64,000 bases of DNA from an uncultured Bacilli bacterium (GTDB lineage: Bacteria; Bacillota_I; Bacilli_A; RFN20; CAG-449). The stretch is taken from positions 2,477 to 66,476 of the forward strand of contig CANQTY010000001.1 of NCBI GenBank assembly GCA_947626895.1, read 5' to 3'. Below are positions 1 through 9,794 of the stretch, piece by piece (position 1 is the stretch's first letter; each line of letters starts with the position of its first letter). The notes under the pieces were generated by a model. That model did no database searches, was not told the DNA's origin, and saw only the letters and a program-made list of their open reading frames with translations. Position numbers and translations under genes: made by a program.

Positions 1-90
1 TCCGATGCCTGCGAATAAATCGATACTCTTATACATAAAATATCACCATCCTTGCTTAAATAATCATATCTATACAAAATAGTTATTGAA

Positions 91-993
91 CTATTGACGT
101 ATAAATTGAATGATTTGATTTCCGTTATTACCCTCTATTATGATTCTTTCATAGGTGACTTTGTTTAAAGAGGTAGATCCTGCAACCTTTACATCAATAT
201 AAGTTGAATTGTTATTTGTATATTCTTTAAAGGAATATTTAGTTCCATTGAATATGAGTTTTACTTTTTCTTCATCATTTAAAGCTTTCTTTTCTTTTTC
301 GATTTCAAAAGAAGAAATGAGTTGATTGTTCTTTCTTATTTCATATTGATATTCTTCTTCTATTTCATCACTTTCTTTTTCTACTTCTTGACTTACATAA
401 ATAAAACTTGTTTTATCTTCACTGTTTGGATAAATTTTTAATTCTAATTCTTCTTCTTTTTCATTATCTTCAGGTTCTATTTTATTAATACCCGAAAAAA
501 GATAGGTTTGATTTTCTTCTTCAATAATTCCTTCAAGAAGTGAAATAGTTTCTTCTTCGTCATAAGAAGAATCGCTCATTTGCTTAGTCACATTATAATA
601 AAGATTCATATTTTTAGTAGTTAAATCAAAATTTATATATTGAATTGTCTGTTTATATGTATATCCTTCTTTATTTGATTCTTCGACTATACTTTCAAAA
701 GAAGTATTATGGATAAATAAATCAATGGTGGGTAACAATTCTTCAATCTTATCAAGATTTTCACTTTGAATATCTTGCTTTCCTAATGTTTGATTCAAAG
801 AAGCATAATTTAAGGTAATCATTGAAGAAACAACTTCATCTTCAAGAGTAGAAGTTTCTTTACTATTATCTACGGAAACTTCTTCACTATTCAAAGATGT
901 GTTTAAAAAAGTAGAATCTTTAATTTTGGAATTGCCACATGAAACACACATCATCATAAGTAAACATAAAATACCATATTTCAATTTCTTCAT
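91..993 (-). CDS. hypothetical acidic lipoprotein (lipobox LLMMMCVSC|G)
   Basis: N-terminal signal peptide with Cys lipobox; Glu/Asp/Lys-rich low-complexity body; no recognisable catalytic motif. Confidence 0.45.
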   Translation of the reverse strand: MKKLKYGILCLLMMMCVSCGNSKIKDSTFLNTSLNSEEVSVDNSKETSTLEDEVVSSMITLNYASLNQTLGKQDIQSENLDKIEELLPTIDLFIHNTSFESIVEESNKEGYTYKQTIQYINFDLTTKNMNLYYNVTKQMSDSSYDEEETISLLEGIIEEENQTYLFSGINKIEPEDNEKEEELELKIYPNSEDKTSFIYVSQEVEKESDEIEEEYQYEIRKNNQLISSFEIEKEKKALNDEEKVKLIFNGTKYSFKEYTNNNSTYIDVKVAGSTSLNKVTYERIIIEGNNGNQIIQFIRQ

Positions 994-1204
994 GGATAAA
1001 TCTCCTTATTCATTTCATCAACATTATTGAACTAGAAAAATGAAAATACAAGTAAATCATGTAAATAATTTATTGTGTCCGAAGTACTTTATCTTAACTC
1101 TTTCAAATTATTTTATTTTACATTTTCAGTTATTCGAAAATTTCGAACAACTGACCTCAAAAACGCCTAAGTCTAGGGATTTTGATTTTTTTATAATTTT
1201 GTTT

Positions 1205-3553
1205 TTATTCATGTCTATCCCAAAATCTTCTTGTTAATGCTCTAATTTCATCATCAGAATAGCATGGGATATAATGAGACCATTCTACCTTAAATAAATC
1301 TTGATATTTATTTGTTAAAAAGCGATCATCAATTAGTAAAACCACCCCAACATCCGTGGAAGTTCTAATGACTCTTCCCGCGGCCTGCATCACTTTATTC
1401 ATCCCAGGATTTGTATAGGCATAATCAAATCCAGATACTCCAATATTTTCATAATATTCTTTCATCATATTTCGTTCATAACAAACCATGGGTAAACCTA
1501 CTCCAACTACAATAACACCAATCAAACGATTTCCAGTTAAATCAATACCCTCAGAAAATGAGCCTCCTAAAACAGCAAAGGCAATTGTTGTTTTTGTCGG
1601 ATTTTCTTTTAATTTAGATAAAAATAAATCTTTAGAAATTAAATCCATTTCTCGCATTTGTACGATAATTTCTTGATGGACTTGTGGAAAAATATTTAAC
1701 ACATCTTCCATATATTGATAAGAAGGGAAAAAGACAAAATAATTACCAATTTTTTCATTTGTTAGAGCTAAAATTGATTCAACAATATGACGATAAGATC
1801 TTTTTCGATCATTATAACGTGTAGATATATCTCCTCGAACTAATAAAAGAAGATTATCTTTAGGAAATGGTGAAGGTAATTTCATTGTTGGACAAGATAA
1901 ATCCCCTCCTAGGCGAGAAACATAATATTCCATTGGTGTTAATGTCGCAGAAAAGAAGATTCCCCCACGAATATTTTCTATTGTTTCTTTAAGAAAAGAA
2001 GAGGCATCAAGACATCTTAAAATTAAATTTTCTTCCTTATTTAAATAATATGTTTTATAGTTTTCTCCATTAAATTCAAAGATTTTTAAGAAGCGATTTA
2101 CCGCTCTAAAACAAGTGATAAATGGATCACTTACATATTCTTCAAAATTTTTTAAAATATCTTGAGATACTTTAAAATAATCTTGGAGAAGTACGATAAA
2201 ATCTTCACTTATTGAATCCTCAAAAAGATGATATTCTTCTTCGGTATCAAAGCTATCAAAATATTGTAAAATCTTTTTTAATAATCGCTTAAATTTCGGG
2301 TGTTTATATACTTTAAAGAGTTTTTGCAAAAGCGCAAAATCTCCTTTTTTTAATTCCGCGGTATACATATCTAAAGAACGTTCTGCAAGATTATGAACTT
2401 CATCAATTAAAGCAAAATAAGGAACATCACTTTCATCAAAAAAACGTTTTAAATAGACTAATGGATCGAATAGATAATTATAATCACAAATCACAACATC
2501 ACAGATTAAAGAATAATCTAATTGTAATTCAAATGGACACATCATTTTTCTAAGAGCAAATTCTTTCATCTCTTCACTAGAATAGATTTCTAGATCCATG
2601 AGTTCATCAATTGCACTTCTTAATTTTGTATAGTAATCTTTAGCAAAAGGGCAGGCATCAGGATTACACATTTTAGCTTCACATTGACACATCGCCTCTT
2701 TACTAGATAGTAAAATGGCTTTAATATGTAAACCTTTTAAAATCATTTGTCGGATGGCCTCTAATGCGACACCTTTTGTTTGATTTTTTGCCGATAAATA
2801 AAAGATTTTTTCATTTTTTCCATCAGGAAAAGTCTTAATCGCGGGATAAAGTGTCGATATGGTTTTTCCTGTTCCCGTTGGAGCCTCAAAAAAGAAAGTA
2901 CCTCCATCTTTACAAACACTATAAACATATTTTGATAATTCTCTTTGTCCTTTTCTAAAAGATGGATAAGGAAATTCTAGTGTTTTAATCGACTCATCTC
3001 TTAATCTTTGATGTTCTAAACACTTGCGGTAAAAGATTAAATATTCATGTAAATAACTTTCCACTTTTTTTTCTAAATCAGCATAAGAAAAGTAAAAGGT
3101 TTTAATCATCTTAGAATCATCTTGTTGTGAGATATAAGTTAAACGGATTTCAATTTCATCATATTCTTGTTCAAGAGCATATAAATAACCATAGCATATC
3201 GCTTGACCTAAATGCCATTCTCCTTGTGATTCATAAAATTCCTCTAAGGGGACAACTGTCGATTTAATTTCATCAATAATAGGACGCTTCCCACCTTTAA
3301 TAATGCCATCTGCTCTGCCCTCTAAAGTGATTAAAAATCCCTCAAATTGAATCGTTTCTTTTAAAGGATATTCACTTAAATAATCTCCATCTTGAATTTT
3401 TTGATAACGAAGATGAATTCTTGAACCTTCAGCCATTGATGAATTATTAAAAACCCGAGTATCAATATCCCCTTTTCTTAAAATAAAATCGACTAAACCA
3501 TGAATTGATAACGTTAACTTATTTTCCATAGGCTTATTATACATAAATCCCAT
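1205..3553 (-). CDS. dinG: DinG/XPD (Rad3)-family ATP-dependent DNA helicase with Fe-S domain; N-terminal about 200 aa carries a PD-(D/E)xK-like motif
   Basis: Walker A FEAPTGTGKT; DEAH-like box LIDEVHNL; four-Cys cluster CQCEAKMCNPDACPF typical of XPD/DinG Fe-S helicases; C-terminal helicase motifs (QAAGRVIR); N-terminus has GRADGII ... IDEIKS (D ... E-x-K). Confidence 0.75.
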   Translation of the reverse strand: MGFMYNKPMENKLTLSIHGLVDFILRKGDIDTRVFNNSSMAEGSRIHLRYQKIQDGDYLSEYPLKETIQFEGFLITLEGRADGIIKGGKRPIIDEIKSTVVPLEEFYESQGEWHLGQAICYGYLYALEQEYDEIEIRLTYISQQDDSKMIKTFYFSYADLEKKVESYLHEYLIFYRKCLEHQRLRDESIKTLEFPYPSFRKGQRELSKYVYSVCKDGGTFFFEAPTGTGKTISTLYPAIKTFPDGKNEKIFYLSAKNQTKGVALEAIRQMILKGLHIKAILLSSKEAMCQCEAKMCNPDACPFAKDYYTKLRSAIDELMDLEIYSSEEMKEFALRKMMCPFELQLDYSLICDVVICDYNYLFDPLVYLKRFFDESDVPYFALIDEVHNLAERSLDMYTAELKKGDFALLQKLFKVYKHPKFKRLLKKILQYFDSFDTEEEYHLFEDSISEDFIVLLQDYFKVSQDILKNFEEYVSDPFITCFRAVNRFLKIFEFNGENYKTYYLNKEENLILRCLDASSFLKETIENIRGGIFFSATLTPMEYYVSRLGGDLSCPTMKLPSPFPKDNLLLLVRGDISTRYNDRKRSYRHIVESILALTNEKIGNYFVFFPSYQYMEDVLNIFPQVHQEIIVQMREMDLISKDLFLSKLKENPTKTTIAFAVLGGSFSEGIDLTGNRLIGVIVVGVGLPMVCYERNMMKEYYENIGVSGFDYAYTNPGMNKVMQAAGRVIRTSTDVGVVLLIDDRFLTNKYQDLFKVEWSHYIPCYSDDEIRALTRRFWDRHE

Positions 3554-3655
3554 TTCCTTTGCATTATAAGTTCAATTTAATTTCATAAATTTTCATTGAC
3601 AATAATTCGAGTTCGAATTATATTAAAATACGAAATCGAAATATAAAGAGGCTTT

Positions 3656-4093
3656 ATGAACGAAAAAGAATTCTTTCATGAATTAGGTAAATGTATTTAC
3701 CAAATTGACGGAATCTACGAAGAATATGGAAGAAACTTTCATATCACATCGCCAAATATTCTTTGGATTCTTTATTCTTTAAATGACAATCAATCCCATA
3801 GTCAAAAAGAAATTTGTGAGGAATGGTCAATTCCTAGAAGTACCGCGAATACGATTATTAAGGAATTAGAAAGGCAGCAATTAATTTCCTTACAAAAAAT
3901 TAAAGGAAAAAGAAGAGAATTAAATATTTCTCTTACAAAAAAAGGAAAAGAAATCGCAGACACTTTACTTAAAGATTTATATAGTCGCGAAAAAAAGGCT
4001 TATCTTACAATTCAAGAGCCTGAAAAAATCTTAAATATATTAAAAGATTTAAAAGAAAAATTAAAAATCATATCAAAAGGAGACGAACAATGA
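3656..4093 (+). CDS. MarR-family winged-helix transcriptional regulator
   Basis: 145 aa; HTH segment SQKEICEEWSIPRSTANTIIKELERQQLI typical of MarR; ATGA start overlap with the downstream gene. Confidence 0.65.
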   Translation: MNEKEFFHELGKCIYQIDGIYEEYGRNFHITSPNILWILYSLNDNQSHSQKEICEEWSIPRSTANTIIKELERQQLISLQKIKGKRRELNISLTKKGKEIADTLLKDLYSREKKAYLTIQEPEKILNILKDLKEKLKIISKGDEQ

Positions 4094-4845
4094 AAAAGAA
4101 AATTACTCAAGATGCAGGAAGAAAAGAATTAAATGAATTTGCAAAAGATTTTGCTCACTTTAATGACGATATTCTATTCGGTGAAAACTGGAATAATGAA
4201 GATATCGATTTAAAAACAAGATGTATTGTTACTGTTGTCGCATTAATGTCATCAGGAATCACTGATAGTTCTTTAACTTATCATTTACAAAATGCAAAAA
4301 ATCATGGGGTTAGTCAAAAAGAAATTGCTGCAATTATCACCCATTGTGCTTTTTATATTGGATGGCCTTCTGCCTGGGCGGTCTTCCGTTTAGCAAAAAC
4401 TATATGGAATGAAAAAGTAGAGGAATTAACTTCAAAAGATCAATATCAAAATACGATTCTTTTCCCTATTGGTGAAAAAAACGATGCCTTTAAAAATTAT
4501 TTTATAGGTCAAAGCTATCTTTACCCCATATCTACAAAACAAGTAGGAATTTTTAACGTTACTTTTGAACCAAGATGTAGAAATAATTGGCACATCCATA
4601 AAGCGAGTAAAGGTGGAGGACAAATATTAATCTGCATAGGTGGAAAAGGGTATTATCAAGAAGAAGGTAAAGATGCAATTACTATGCTTCCTGGAGATAT
4701 CGTAAATATCCCAAGTAATGTAAAACATTGGCATGGTGCTTATAAAGATTCGTGGTTTAGTCATCTTGCCATAGAAGTTCCAGGAGAAAATCAAGAAAAC
4801 ATTTGGTTAGAACCTGTTAATGAAGAAGAATACAATAAATTATAA
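4090..4845 (+). CDS. carboxymuconolactone decarboxylase-family (AhpD-like) domain fused to a C-terminal cupin domain
   Basis: N-terminal CMD/AhpD-like region; C-terminal cupin-like motifs (GDIVNIPSNVKHWHGA); 4-nt overlap with marR-like gene, so likely co-transcribed. Confidence 0.5.
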   Translation: MKKKITQDAGRKELNEFAKDFAHFNDDILFGENWNNEDIDLKTRCIVTVVALMSSGITDSSLTYHLQNAKNHGVSQKEIAAIITHCAFYIGWPSAWAVFRLAKTIWNEKVEELTSKDQYQNTILFPIGEKNDAFKNYFIGQSYLYPISTKQVGIFNVTFEPRCRNNWHIHKASKGGGQILICIGGKGYYQEEGKDAITMLPGDIVNIPSNVKHWHGAYKDSWFSHLAIEVPGENQENIWLEPVNEEEYNKL

Positions 4846-4849
4846 TAGT

Positions 4850-6049
4850 CTATTGTATATATCTATTAAATTCTTGATCTATTTGACCAGCACCGAGAAA
4901 TAGAATAATAGCATCTTCATTTTTAAGTATAGATTTGCACTTCTCATTCCAGGCAAAAAATCCAAGATATTTATATAATTTATCAACTAATTGTATATCT
5001 AACTTTTCTCTTACACTTGTAAACAAAGGATATAAATAAGTTTCATCAAATAAACTTAAAACATTTTTATAATCTTCGATAAACTTTTCTAATCTAGAAA
5101 TTGTATGAGGTTCAAAAATAGCTATGATTCTTTTGTTAGGATAAGTTTCTTTAATGGATTCAAACATTGTTTTTATTTCACTTGGATGATGAGCATAATC
5201 TAATATGACTATTTGTTGATTGATATTTACTTTTTCAAATCTTCTTTTAGCGCCTTTATAAGTTTTTAAACGATTTTTGATTGTTTCATCGCTAACATTT
5301 AAATGTTTTAAAATTAAGTATATTCCCATGAAGTTTTCTGCAAATTTTTCTCCCTTAAATGGCAAAGAAAATGAATTATTATTAATTGTAATTACTCCAT
5401 CTTTATAAATAAAATCTTCTTTAGAATAAGTAAATGCATGGCCTAAATCAATTGGGGAATCATCTTTATTTACTAAAGCAATCTTGCTTTGTTTAATAAA
5501 TCTTTCAAAAGCGTTTTGATAATCCTTTTCCTCTTTAAAATAATCTACATGATCATAATCTACATTTAAAATTAAAGAAATATTTGGTTTATAATGCAAA
5601 AACGTATTTTGATACTCACACGCTTCCATCACAAAATAAGGATGATTTTCACAAAAATTTATGCTTCCATCTCCAATTAATCCAATATTATTATCTAAAA
5701 GATGACAGAATAGTTTTGTCGTTTGAGTTTTCCCATGACTTCCAGAAATAGCTATAAAAAAATAGTTTTTAAAATATTGAGCTATAAAATCAGGATACGT
5801 TAAATATGGATATTTATCTTTTATTACTTTACAAATTTCATGATTTAAAAATGCATTTCCAATGATATATAAATAACTTGAAGAATATAAAACTTGACTG
5901 ATGGGGTCAATTATTATTCCTTCTAATCCTTCTTCTGTGTAAAAGGATTCGCTATAATCACATCCCCTTACATCTTCATTTAAAGAAAAAAGAATTTTAG
6001 CAAGTGAAGACATGCCACTTCCTTTGATGCCAACAAAATAATATTTCAT
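4850..6049 (-). CDS. murC: Mur ligase family protein, MurC-like (UDP-N-acetylmuramate--L-alanine ligase), short form
   Basis: N-terminal MurC-type motif FVGIKGSGMSSLAKIL ... GCD; Mur ligase P-loop ISGSHGKTQTTKL; 399 aa is shorter than typical MurC, so substrate assignment is tentative. Confidence 0.55.
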   Translation of the reverse strand: MKYYFVGIKGSGMSSLAKILFSLNEDVRGCDYSESFYTEEGLEGIIIDPISQVLYSSSYLYIIGNAFLNHEICKVIKDKYPYLTYPDFIAQYFKNYFFIAISGSHGKTQTTKLFCHLLDNNIGLIGDGSINFCENHPYFVMEACEYQNTFLHYKPNISLILNVDYDHVDYFKEEKDYQNAFERFIKQSKIALVNKDDSPIDLGHAFTYSKEDFIYKDGVITINNNSFSLPFKGEKFAENFMGIYLILKHLNVSDETIKNRLKTYKGAKRRFEKVNINQQIVILDYAHHPSEIKTMFESIKETYPNKRIIAIFEPHTISRLEKFIEDYKNVLSLFDETYLYPLFTSVREKLDIQLVDKLYKYLGFFAWNEKCKSILKNEDAIILFLGAGQIDQEFNRYIQ

Positions 6050-6226
6050 GAATTAAATCACCATTTTACTATATGCAAAAGGGTGGAAATAATTATCTTA
6101 TTGGTTTAATAAAAAGGTTAAATATGTTGGAATTGTTAAGATTTTATCTATTCTTCCAATTGAACTTCTATTTTTCATTTTAACATTGAATTTTATTCAC
6201 TTTCATGCTTGGTATTGCAAATAAAT

Positions 6227-6322
6227 TTACATTTTTTCAAGCGACTTTTTTGGAAATTTTACATTTTTTCAAACGACTTTTCATAAGTTTTTACATTTTT
6301 TCAAGGGAGATTTGCTTTATTA
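6227..6322. repeat. three tandem direct repeats, exact 32-nt period (core TTACATTTTTTCAARCGACTTTT)
   Basis: TTAC starts at 6227, 6259 and 6291; lies between the rpsU 3' end and the murC-like 5' end (upstream of murC on the minus strand). Confidence 0.8.
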
Positions 6323-6328
6323 GTTCAT

Positions 6329-6356
6329 AAAAAAAAAGAATCGATTTTCGATTCTC
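6329..6356 (-). terminator. rho-independent terminator of rpsU
   Basis: hairpin GAATCGAAAATCGATTC followed by a T9 run on the minus strand, immediately downstream of the rpsU stop. Confidence 0.7.
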
Positions 6357-6365
6357 CTTGATTGC

Positions 6366-6539
6366 TTAGTAAGATTTTTTACGAGCATTTTCAGACTTTT
6401 GTTTGCGCTTTAAACTTGTCTTTAAATAATATTCATGTTTACGCGCTTCTGCAATTGTCCCAGCTTTATTAACTTGTCTTTTAAATCTACGAAGTGCTTC
6501 ATCTAAAGTTTCGTTCTCTCGGACGACTGTTTTCGGCAT
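6366..6539 (-). CDS. rpsU: 30S ribosomal protein S21
   Basis: [40 protein letters not shown]... is a canonical S21 sequence; true start at internal Met (MPKT), not the ORF-track start. Confidence 0.9.
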   Translation of the reverse strand: MPKTVVRENETLDEALRRFKRQVNKAGTIAEARKHEYYLKTSLKRKQKSENARKKSY

Positions 6540-6782
6540 CAAATTCACCTCTTTTCAGCACTGTTTGCCAAACAATCGTTATTATAAAGAAGGGTAAACA
6601 TGAAATCAACATATTTTCACATTTTTTTCTACTTTGTGCACAAGTTTACCTCTTTTATCCTAAAAAATTACCAATCTTTTAAAATTTTGCTACTAAATGA
6701 GAAAAATCATTAAATTAAAGAACAACTTTTTTCTTCTACTCAAGACTCTTAATTTGATTTATAATAAAAGCGAGGTGAATTT

Positions 6783-9700
6783 ATGGCATATTTTCCATTA
6801 AATGTTCAAACTGGATATACCTTTTTATCAAGTGCTTTAAAAATTCCCTCCTATGTAAAAAAAGGAAAAGAATTAGGATTTACGCATCTAGGAATATCGG
6901 ATATTAACCCTTATGCTTATAAAGAATTTGAAACATTTTCAAAAAAGGAAAACATCATTCCTATCTTTGGCATTCGTATTTCTTTTTATTTTCATAATCA
7001 ATTAAGAAATATTCATTTATATATCGAAAGTGAAGAAGGTTATCTTTCTTTATGTCATATCACTTCTTTAATTGATGAAGATATATATCTTGGTGATTTT
7101 TCAAATGTAAAAGGTTTAATTTGTATAGTACCTATGCTCACAAGTAACTTCTTTTTTAATGAAGAAGATGAAAAAGAACGTATGCGAATGCTTATGGAAC
7201 TAAAAAGCTTTTTTTCTTCCTTTTACATCGGTACAGAGTGTTATACAAAAGAAGATATTGAAAAATTAAATGAAATCTATGCTTTATGTGATCAATATGA
7301 TTTTAAAACAGTCGCCTTTTCTAAAACCTTATGTTTAAAAAAAGAAGATGGTTTAACTTTAGATATTTTAGAAGCCATCAAAAACGATACAAAACTATCT
7401 GATTATGAAGAAAAGTCTACCCCATATTTTCTTTTAAGTGAAACTTCATGTAGAAAAATCTATCGTGAAAAAGATTTTTTATTTTTTATAGAACATGATT
7501 TTTCTTCTTTTACACTTCAAAAAAAGCGTGGTGAACTTTATAAAATACAAAATATCGATGATAAAAAAGAAAAGATTTATGAATTAGCTAAAACATTTTT
7601 AAGTAAAAACAATAAATGGAATGAGCTATATGAAAAACGTTTAAATTATGAATTGGATGTCATCTCTAAAATGGGATATTTAGATTACTTTTTAATCGTT
7701 TCAGATTATGTAAATTATGCAAAAAATCATGGTATTTTAGTAGGTCCTGGAAGGGGTTCTGCTTCTGGATCACTTGTAAGTTATGCTTTATCAATTACAG
7801 AGGCTGATCCTCTTAAATATGATTTACTTTTTGAAAGATTTTTAAATCCTGAACGAATTTCTATGCCTGATATTGATGTAGACTTTATCGATTATCACCG
7901 TGAAGATATCATAGCATATATATCCTCGCATTATGGTGAAGATAAGGTATCTAAAATTATTGCCTTCCAAACCTTTGGGCCAAAACAAGCTATCCAAGAT
8001 ATAGGAAGAGTATTTTCTTTTAATCCAAGTGATATAAAATTATTATCAAATAGCATTGATTCCCAACAAAAAACCTTTTTAGATGCATATAAATTTTCTC
8101 CATCTTTTAAAGAACTTGTTCAAGATGAACATTATAAATTAATTGCCTCTCTTGCTAGACGTATTGAGGGATTACCTCGTCAAAAAGGGCTTCATGCTTC
8201 AGGAATTATTATCAATAATAAACCTTTAAAAGATGTTTTACCAATGTTCGGAAAGAATTCACCTGCTCCATATGAAGGAAATTATCTAGAAGAACTTGGC
8301 TTTTTAAAGATGGATATATTAGGAATAAGAAATTTAACAATTATTGAAAATGTTTTAAATCGAATAAATCAAAAAGATTTAAAACTAGAAAATATTCCTT
8401 TAGATGATAAAAAAACTTTAGAAATTTTAAATAATGGTTTAACTAAAGGAATCTTCCAACTTGAAGGGGATGGAATCACCGATAGTCTAAAAGAAATAGG
8501 CGTGGATTCCTTTAATGATATCATTGCCATCAATGCCTTATATCGTCCAGGACCAATGGAGCATATCTCCCATTATGCCAAAAGAAAAAAACATCTTGAA
8601 AAAATTCCTTATATTGATTCTCGATTAGAACCAATTTTAAAAGAAACCTATGGCATTATTGTCTATCAAGAACAAATCATGCGTATTGTTCAAGATGTCG
8701 CTTCTTTTTCTCTTGGAAAAGCCGATATTTTAAGAAGAGCCATTTCTAAAAAGAGCCTAGATTTACTTGTCTCTTTAAAAAAAGATTTTATAGATGGTGC
8801 CAAAGCAAATGGCCTAAATGAAAAAAACGCTAATAAAATTTATGACTATATATTAGAATTTGCAAATTATGGTTTTAATAAATCTCATAGTGTTTCATAT
8901 GCCCTATTTTCCTATCGTATGGCATATTTAAAAAGTCATTTTCCAAAAGAATTTTTTAGTGCATTATTAGATATGCAAAAAAGCAGTCCAAATTATAGTC
9001 AATACACCAATGAATTAAGATATTTTTCTCTTGAAATATTACCCCCAGATATCAATTTAAGTGAACAAAATTTTAAAGTCGAAGAAAAAGGAATTCGTAT
9101 TCCTTTAAGTGCCATTAAGGGATTTTCATCCAATTTAGAAAAAGCCTTACTTGAAGAAAGAAAAAATGGTTCCTTTACATCCTTAAGTGATTTATTTTTA
9201 AGAAGTAAAGAAATGGGATTTAGTGAACAAAATTATCTTGCTTTAGTAAATGCAGGAGCCTTAGATATTTTTAAACTCAATCGTCAAACTTTAAGAAAAG
9301 CCGTTAAAACGTATATGTTATTTGCAAATAATATTGAAGGAATTAAGGATTTAACTCCTGAAGAAAGAAAATTAATGGAACCTAAAATCATTTCTTTAAA
9401 AGAAGATAATAAACTTAAATATCAATTGGAATTTGAAACGCTAGGTATCCTTTTATCAGGTTCTTTATTTTCCGAATATGAAAAATATTTTGCGCATTTA
9501 GAAATTCATAATATTGCTTATGCCTATAAAAATAAAGATCAATTAATGACGATACCTGCGGTGATTTCTTCTGTAAGAATTATTAAAACAAGAAATAAGG
9601 AAGATATGGAAATATTGCAAGTGTATGATGAAAAAGATCAAGTAAAGGTTGTAATTTTCCCTAAAATATATAAAACGATACCCTATATTGTAAAAGGGGA

Positions 9701-9794
9701 TGTAATATTAATTTCTGGAACATTAAAACAAGATGATAAAGGAACATCCTTTATCGCTAGTGAAATCATTAAAATGGAGGTAAAAGATGAATAG
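6783..9794 (+). CDS. dnaE: DNA polymerase III alpha subunit (DnaE-type, short form)
   Basis: N-terminal PHP domain; polymerase core motif GYLDYFLIV..YAK..GILVGPGRGSASGSLVSYALSITEADPL...FERFLNPERISMPDIDVDF; GAGGTG RBS; 8-nt overlap with polA. Confidence 0.9.
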   Translation: MAYFPLNVQTGYTFLSSALKIPSYVKKGKELGFTHLGISDINPYAYKEFETFSKKENIIPIFGIRISFYFHNQLRNIHLYIESEEGYLSLCHITSLIDEDIYLGDFSNVKGLICIVPMLTSNFFFNEEDEKERMRMLMELKSFFSSFYIGTECYTKEDIEKLNEIYALCDQYDFKTVAFSKTLCLKKEDGLTLDILEAIKNDTKLSDYEEKSTPYFLLSETSCRKIYREKDFLFFIEHDFSSFTLQKKRGELYKIQNIDDKKEKIYELAKTFLSKNNKWNELYEKRLNYELDVISKMGYLDYFLIVSDYVNYAKNHGILVGPGRGSASGSLVSYALSITEADPLKYDLLFERFLNPERISMPDIDVDFIDYHREDIIAYISSHYGEDKVSKIIAFQTFGPKQAIQDIGRVFSFNPSDIKLLSNSIDSQQKTFLDAYKFSPSFKELVQDEHYKLIASLARRIEGLPRQKGLHASGIIINNKPLKDVLPMFGKNSPAPYEGNYLEELGFLKMDILGIRNLTIIENVLNRINQKDLKLENIPLDDKKTLEILNNGLTKGIFQLEGDGITDSLKEIGVDSFNDIIAINALYRPGPMEHISHYAKRKKHLEKIPYIDSRLEPILKETYGIIVYQEQIMRIVQDVASFSLGKADILRRAISKKSLDLLVSLKKDFIDGAKANGLNEKNANKIYDYILEFANYGFNKSHSVSYALFSYRMAYLKSHFPKEFFSALLDMQKSSPNYSQYTNELRYFSLEILPPDINLSEQNFKVEEKGIRIPLSAIKGFSSNLEKALLEERKNGSFTSLSDLFLRSKEMGFSEQNYLALVNAGALDIFKLNRQTLRKAVKTYMLFANNIEGIKDLTPEERKLMEPKIISLKEDNKLKYQLEFETLGILLSGSLFSEYEKYFAHLEIHNIAYAYKNKDQLMTIPAVISSVRIIKTRNKEDMEILQVYDEKDQVKVVIFPKIYKTIPYIVKGDVILISGTLKQDDKGTSFIASEIIKMEVKDE

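Noticed and set aside
1-90. possible 3' end of a gene at the window start
   Set aside because: No long open frame on either strand and an AT-rich promoter-like composition. Treated as intergenic.
1040-1237. Short ORFs such as 1040-1237, 1488-1676, 4432-4623, 11307-11498, 19265-19456, 25107-25328, 28358-28543, 29514-29702, 31995-32288, 34508-34705, 38703-38897, 47361-47543, 49723-50013, 52144-52335, 53395-53601, 56072-56443, 56546-56728, 57867-58058 and 62006-62191
   Set aside because: All lie antisense or out of frame inside well-supported longer genes, or within promoter DNA. They have low-complexity translations and are typical spurious ORFs of AT-rich sequence.
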